DNA of 64,000 nucleotides from a virus (lineage: Duplodnaviria; Heunggongvirae; Uroviricota; Caudoviricetes). The DNA is taken from positions 23,511 through 87,510 of IMG/VR virus record IMGVR_UViG_2706796742_000001. One strand, given 5' to 3'. Shown here piece by piece: positions 60,630 through 64,000 of this stretch. A program made the translations under genes and the position numbers. The notes below the pieces were generated by a model. That model was not told the origin of the DNA, did no database searches, and saw nothing but the letters and a program-made list of their open reading frames with translations. The stretch's first letter is position 1. Each line of letters starts with the position of its first letter.

Positions 60630-61522
60630 GAGAGAAAACCATGAAAACATCTATCCGTGTTACAGTTCATTCACCAACTAAAGGAACTCATGAAGAAGAG
60701 TTTAACATCATCCAATTCCCTTCTGGTGAGATTGGTGGAAACTTTTCACCAGAGTTTGTTGATTTTACTGCTTATGCAGCATCATCTATCAACAATGTGG
60801 TTATGATTGTAAAAGGTTATGATAAAGATACATTGTTTGCTGTGGCACTTGCTAAAGAGGCGGTGGACAACTTAGTACCTCATAAGTTTGCTATGAAGAC
60901 CATTATCTTTTACTATTTGCCAAATGCACGCTATGACCGTCACATGTTTAAAGGTGATGCAGCAGCTTTGAAAGTGTTTGCACAACAGGTTAATGCAATG
61001 GGTTTTGATGCAGTCTGTGCAGTTGACCCTCACAGCTATGTACCAGATAACCTGTTTAACTGTTTCCAGGGTATTCCTCAAAATGAAATTGCAGTCCACT
61101 ATGCAAATGACCCACTTGTTGATTACTTAGTAGCCCCAGATGCAGGTGCTTCTAAGAAGATTGCAGAAACTGCTAAAGAGGTGGATAAACCATACATCAC
61201 AATGTCTAAAGTACGTAACCTTAAGACTGGTGAAATTACTGGTATGCGAATCCTTGATGATGTTGATTTGACCGATAAAACTGTTATGATTCTCGACGAT
61301 ATCTGTGATGGCGGTCGAACCTTCATAGAAGCAGCTAAACATCTTCGTGAAGCAGGTGCAAAACGTGTGGAACTCTATGTAACACATGGTATCTTCTCTA
61401 AAGGTGTTGAAAACCTTCTTGACAATGGTATTGACCACATCTACACTACAAACTCTTTAGGGGAAGCTAAAGACCGTGGTTTAACACATTATGGTCAAGT
61501 TACTGTAGCAAACCTTGATTAA
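60626..61522 (+). CDS. ribose-phosphate pyrophosphokinase family protein (Prs-like; possible ADP-ribose pyrophosphate synthetase)
   Basis: CAVDPHS and PRPP-binding-like MILDDICDGGRT match PRPP-synthetase-family signatures; 298 aa; paired with a Nampt-like gene. Confidence 0.75.
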   Translation: MREKTMKTSIRVTVHSPTKGTHEEEFNIIQFPSGEIGGNFSPEFVDFTAYAASSINNVVMIVKGYDKDTLFAVALAKEAVDNLVPHKFAMKTIIFYYLPNARYDRHMFKGDAAALKVFAQQVNAMGFDAVCAVDPHSYVPDNLFNCFQGIPQNEIAVHYANDPLVDYLVAPDAGASKKIAETAKEVDKPYITMSKVRNLKTGEITGMRILDDVDLTDKTVMILDDICDGGRTFIEAAKHLREAGAKRVELYVTHGIFSKGVENLLDNGIDHIYTTNSLGEAKDRGLTHYGQVTVANLD

Positions 61523-61531
61523 AACTTTATA

Positions 61532-61552
61532 GGGGCTTAAAAGCCCCATTTT
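61532..61552 (+). terminator. terminator-like hairpin between the Prs-like and Nampt-like genes
   Basis: GGGGCTT-AA-AAGCCCC followed by ATTTT. Confidence 0.45.
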
Positions 61553-61568
61553 GAGAGAGATTAAAAAG

Positions 61569-63350
61569 ATGACTAAATCACTTTATGCAGTACCAGCAGG
61601 TTTAAATGCGGATGCTTACAAATCTGGCCATATTTATCAGTATCCTAGTGCAACAGAGTACTTGATGTTCAACCTGACACCACGTAGTGATAAATGGTTT
61701 AACAGTCCTTTAGCAATTGACGGTGTAGTTGCTTTTGGTATTCAACGTTTTGTTAAAGATTACTTGGTAGACCACTGGAATGCCACCTTCTTTGAACGTG
61801 ACAAAAAAGAAGCAATTGACGAAATCTTAGAAGTCATGAACGGTGTTCTGGGTAAAGATGCTATTGGTAGAGAACATTGGGAAGCACTTCACGACTTAGG
61901 TTATCTACCAGTTGAAGTATACGCTGTAGAAGAAGGCACAGTTGTTCCTATGCGTGTACCAATGATTGTCTTCCAGAACACTGTTTCAGGTTTCCATTGG
62001 GTAGCTGGGTATCTGGAAGATGCTTTCTCTGCTGAGATTTGGAAGGCTTGTACCATTGCAACTATTGCATTGCACTACAAACGTATCTGTAAGAAGTGGT
62101 CTGACCTTACTTGTGATAACGACTTACATTTGCCTTACCAGTGCCATGACTTTGCTATGCGTGGTATGTCAGGCTTTACTGATGACGCATTTAACGCTGT
62201 AGGACACTTAACCAGCTTTAAAGGAACTGATAGCTTCCCTGCTGTATATACAGCTAAACGTATCTATGGACAGTCCTACCCAATCTCTGAGATTGGTAGC
62301 TCTGTACCAGCCACTGAACACTCTGTAATGTGTGCAAACATTGCTTGGGAAGGTGGTAGTGAGTTGATTGAAGAAGAAAGACGCTTTAAAGGTGAGTTAC
62401 AAACCTTCCGTCGTTTCTTAACAGAAACTTACCCAACTGGTATTGCAAGTGTTGTTTCAGACACTTATAATTTCTGGAGAACTGTATCAGAAATCTTACC
62501 AGCACTTCGTAAAGAGATTATGGAACGTGACGGCAAACTGGTAATTCGTCCTGACTCTGGTGACCCTGTACATATTGTCACAGGTTATAAAGCAATCCAC
62601 TTAGAGTGTGCTAAAAAGGCTTACTATGAACACCTAAGCAAGCTGGAAGCCAGTGACACAATGTTGAATGCTGTTCTGAACATGAAGCTTGAAAACATCA
62701 ACTATGGTATTGCTGGATGGCTATTGTCAGAAGGCTACGAAATGGTTGTTGACAGAGAAGACTTTGAAGTTGCTGATACAGTGCTGTTGAAAAATGCCTA
62801 TATGGTTGGCTCTGCAAACGTTGTAACACGTCCTGTAGCAGAGATTGATGGGGCTATTAAGACCTTGTATAACATCTTTGGAGGGACTATCAACTCTAAA
62901 GGCTTTAAGGTACTGGATGAGCACATTGGCCTCATCTATGGTGACTCTATCACGTTGGAACGTGCAAACGAAATCCTGAAGCGTTTGTATGAAATGGGTT
63001 TTGCAAGTTCTAACGTAGTGTTTGGTGTAGGTTCTTACACTTACCAGTACATGACTCGTGACACCTTTGCATTTGCTGTCAAAGCAACTCTTGCAAGCAT
63101 TGGTGGTAAAGAGATTATGCTTGCAAAAGACCCTAAAACAGATAGTGGTGTTAAAAAGTCTGCTTTTGGTGGTGTAGCACCTATGTGGGATGGTGATAAT
63201 CTGAAAGCTGTGGATGGTTATGGATTCCAGAGCTTTGAAGATGTACTTGAACATCCAGCTTGTGCTTTACGTTTAGTCTTTAGCGAATCTGAGCAGTTTG
63301 GCTACACAACTCTTGGAGATATTCGAAATAATATTGACAAGCAACTTTAA
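61569..63350 (+). CDS. nicotinamide phosphoribosyltransferase family protein (Nampt/NadV-like)
   Basis: ~593 aa; family call rests on remembered Nampt architecture and its pairing with the Prs-like gene, no single diagnostic motif verified; ATG 61569 with GAGAGAGA RBS preferred over track TTG 61551. Confidence 0.7.
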   Translation: MTKSLYAVPAGLNADAYKSGHIYQYPSATEYLMFNLTPRSDKWFNSPLAIDGVVAFGIQRFVKDYLVDHWNATFFERDKKEAIDEILEVMNGVLGKDAIGREHWEALHDLGYLPVEVYAVEEGTVVPMRVPMIVFQNTVSGFHWVAGYLEDAFSAEIWKACTIATIALHYKRICKKWSDLTCDNDLHLPYQCHDFAMRGMSGFTDDAFNAVGHLTSFKGTDSFPAVYTAKRIYGQSYPISEIGSSVPATEHSVMCANIAWEGGSELIEEERRFKGELQTFRRFLTETYPTGIASVVSDTYNFWRTVSEILPALRKEIMERDGKLVIRPDSGDPVHIVTGYKAIHLECAKKAYYEHLSKLEASDTMLNAVLNMKLENINYGIAGWLLSEGYEMVVDREDFEVADTVLLKNAYMVGSANVVTRPVAEIDGAIKTLYNIFGGTINSKGFKVLDEHIGLIYGDSITLERANEILKRLYEMGFASSNVVFGVGSYTYQYMTRDTFAFAVKATLASIGGKEIMLAKDPKTDSGVKKSAFGGVAPMWDGDNLKAVDGYGFQSFEDVLEHPACALRLVFSESEQFGYTTLGDIRNNIDKQL

Positions 63351-63364
63351 AAGTATATGATAAG

Positions 63365-63387
63365 AGGCTCCTACGGGAGCCTTTTTA
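63365..63387 (+). terminator. intrinsic terminator
   Basis: AGGCTCC-TACG-GGAGCCT followed by TTTTT. Confidence 0.65.
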
Positions 63388-63403
63388 ATTTCTGGAGAAG
63401 ATT

Positions 63404-63739
63404 ATGAAAATCAAAGAAATGAATATCAACATTGTCTTAGAAGAACGTTGGGAGAACATCAAGAAGCCTGAAAATGGTCATAAGTTCCTCAACAAAATCT
63501 TAGTAGCAGCTAAAGAAGAACTGACTGGCAAGGTTGCAGCAGCAATCACAATAAAGGTCTGTGTAAAAGGTCTTCCAGACAATCACCAATTTGCACTTGA
63601 CGAGTTTAAAGAAAGCTTCTACAATCCAAACAAACAGATGCTTGAAAGTAACTTTGCAGTATCTACAAGTATCGTCCATGACAGAAGCTTTATCCTTTAC
63701 AAAAATATGAGAGGTGAGTCATGCAAGCATATTGGATAG
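63404..63739 (+). CDS. hypothetical protein
   Basis: 111-aa ORF with GGAGA RBS. Confidence 0.4.
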   Translation: MKIKEMNINIVLEERWENIKKPENGHKFLNKILVAAKEELTGKVAAAITIKVCVKGLPDNHQFALDEFKESFYNPNKQMLESNFAVSTSIVHDRSFILYKNMRGESCKHIG

Positions 63740-63897
63740 AAATTTTACTGTCACTTGGTAGTGTAGCAGTGTTTGTTTACCTTCTTTGCAAGTACTATGC
63801 AGAACACAAAAAATGTGACTTCTGTAATGGAGAAGGTTACACAAGAGCAGGTTGTTGCCCTATGTGTGGTGGTTCTGGTAAAATGTTTAATAAGTAA
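63721..63897 (+). CDS. small membrane-anchored zinc-ribbon-like protein (58 aa)
   Basis: hydrophobic N-terminus then CDFCNGEG ... CCPMCGGSG; below track cutoff. Confidence 0.3.
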   Translation: MQAYWIEILLSLGSVAVFVYLLCKYYAEHKKCDFCNGEGYTRAGCCPMCGGSGKMFNK

Positions 63898-64000
63898 TTT
63901 AACAGTAAACTAAGAGGAAAGTATTATGCGCATGGTAAACGACCACGCAGAAGTGATTAAGAGTTCAACTTCTTTAGAGACGTCTCAAGCACAGATTACA

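Noticed and set aside
61551-61568. TTG start for the Nampt-like gene as in the ORF track
   Set aside because: The ATG at 61569 has a GAGAGAGA RBS at proper spacing; similar track starts for terminase (8690), portal (10314), nrdB (53127) and ORF 7289 were replaced by downstream ATGs with better RBSs

Overview
This window reads as a contiguous piece of a virulent tailed-phage genome (AT-rich, no integrase or host-like genes seen). The gene content resembles Felix-O1-like myoviruses, but that attribution is from memory and not verified. All calls come from reading the sequence and ORF track by hand; no database search or folding program was run, so tRNA anticodons, boundaries and protein families are provisional. 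Layout: (1) 1-1107, three leftward ORFs of unknown function. (2) 1108-8460, a rightward early region with sigma70-like promoters, a basic protein, a vWA/MIDAS-motif protein, and a ~5 kb array of about 25 tRNA genes interspersed with repeated structured non-coding elements, ending at two intrinsic terminators. (3) 8483-32200, the rightward morphogenesis module (large terminase, portal, prohead protease, capsid, sheath, tube, tape measure, baseplate, two tail fibers, small membrane proteins). (4) 32240-41586, a leftward block (thymidylate synthase, DHFR, small accessory ORFs, ATP-dependent DNA ligase, HNH endonuclease, family-A DNA polymerase). (5) 41810-64000, a rightward replication and nucleotide-metabolism block (dNMP kinase, primase-helicase, gp6-like exonuclease, nrdA/nrdB/nrdH, nrdD split by a group I intron carrying an HNH endonuclease, nrdG, and a PRPP-synthetase-like plus nicotinamide-phosphoribosyltransferase-like pair). 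The most interesting candidates are the vWA protein next to a family of CAGAAGACC...GGTCTGG structured elements in the tRNA array, the Prs-like/Nampt-like NAD pair, the nrdD intron, tRNAs with Leu anticodons on class-I bodies, and a 10-bp-periodic repeat field upstream of the ligase-polymerase block.
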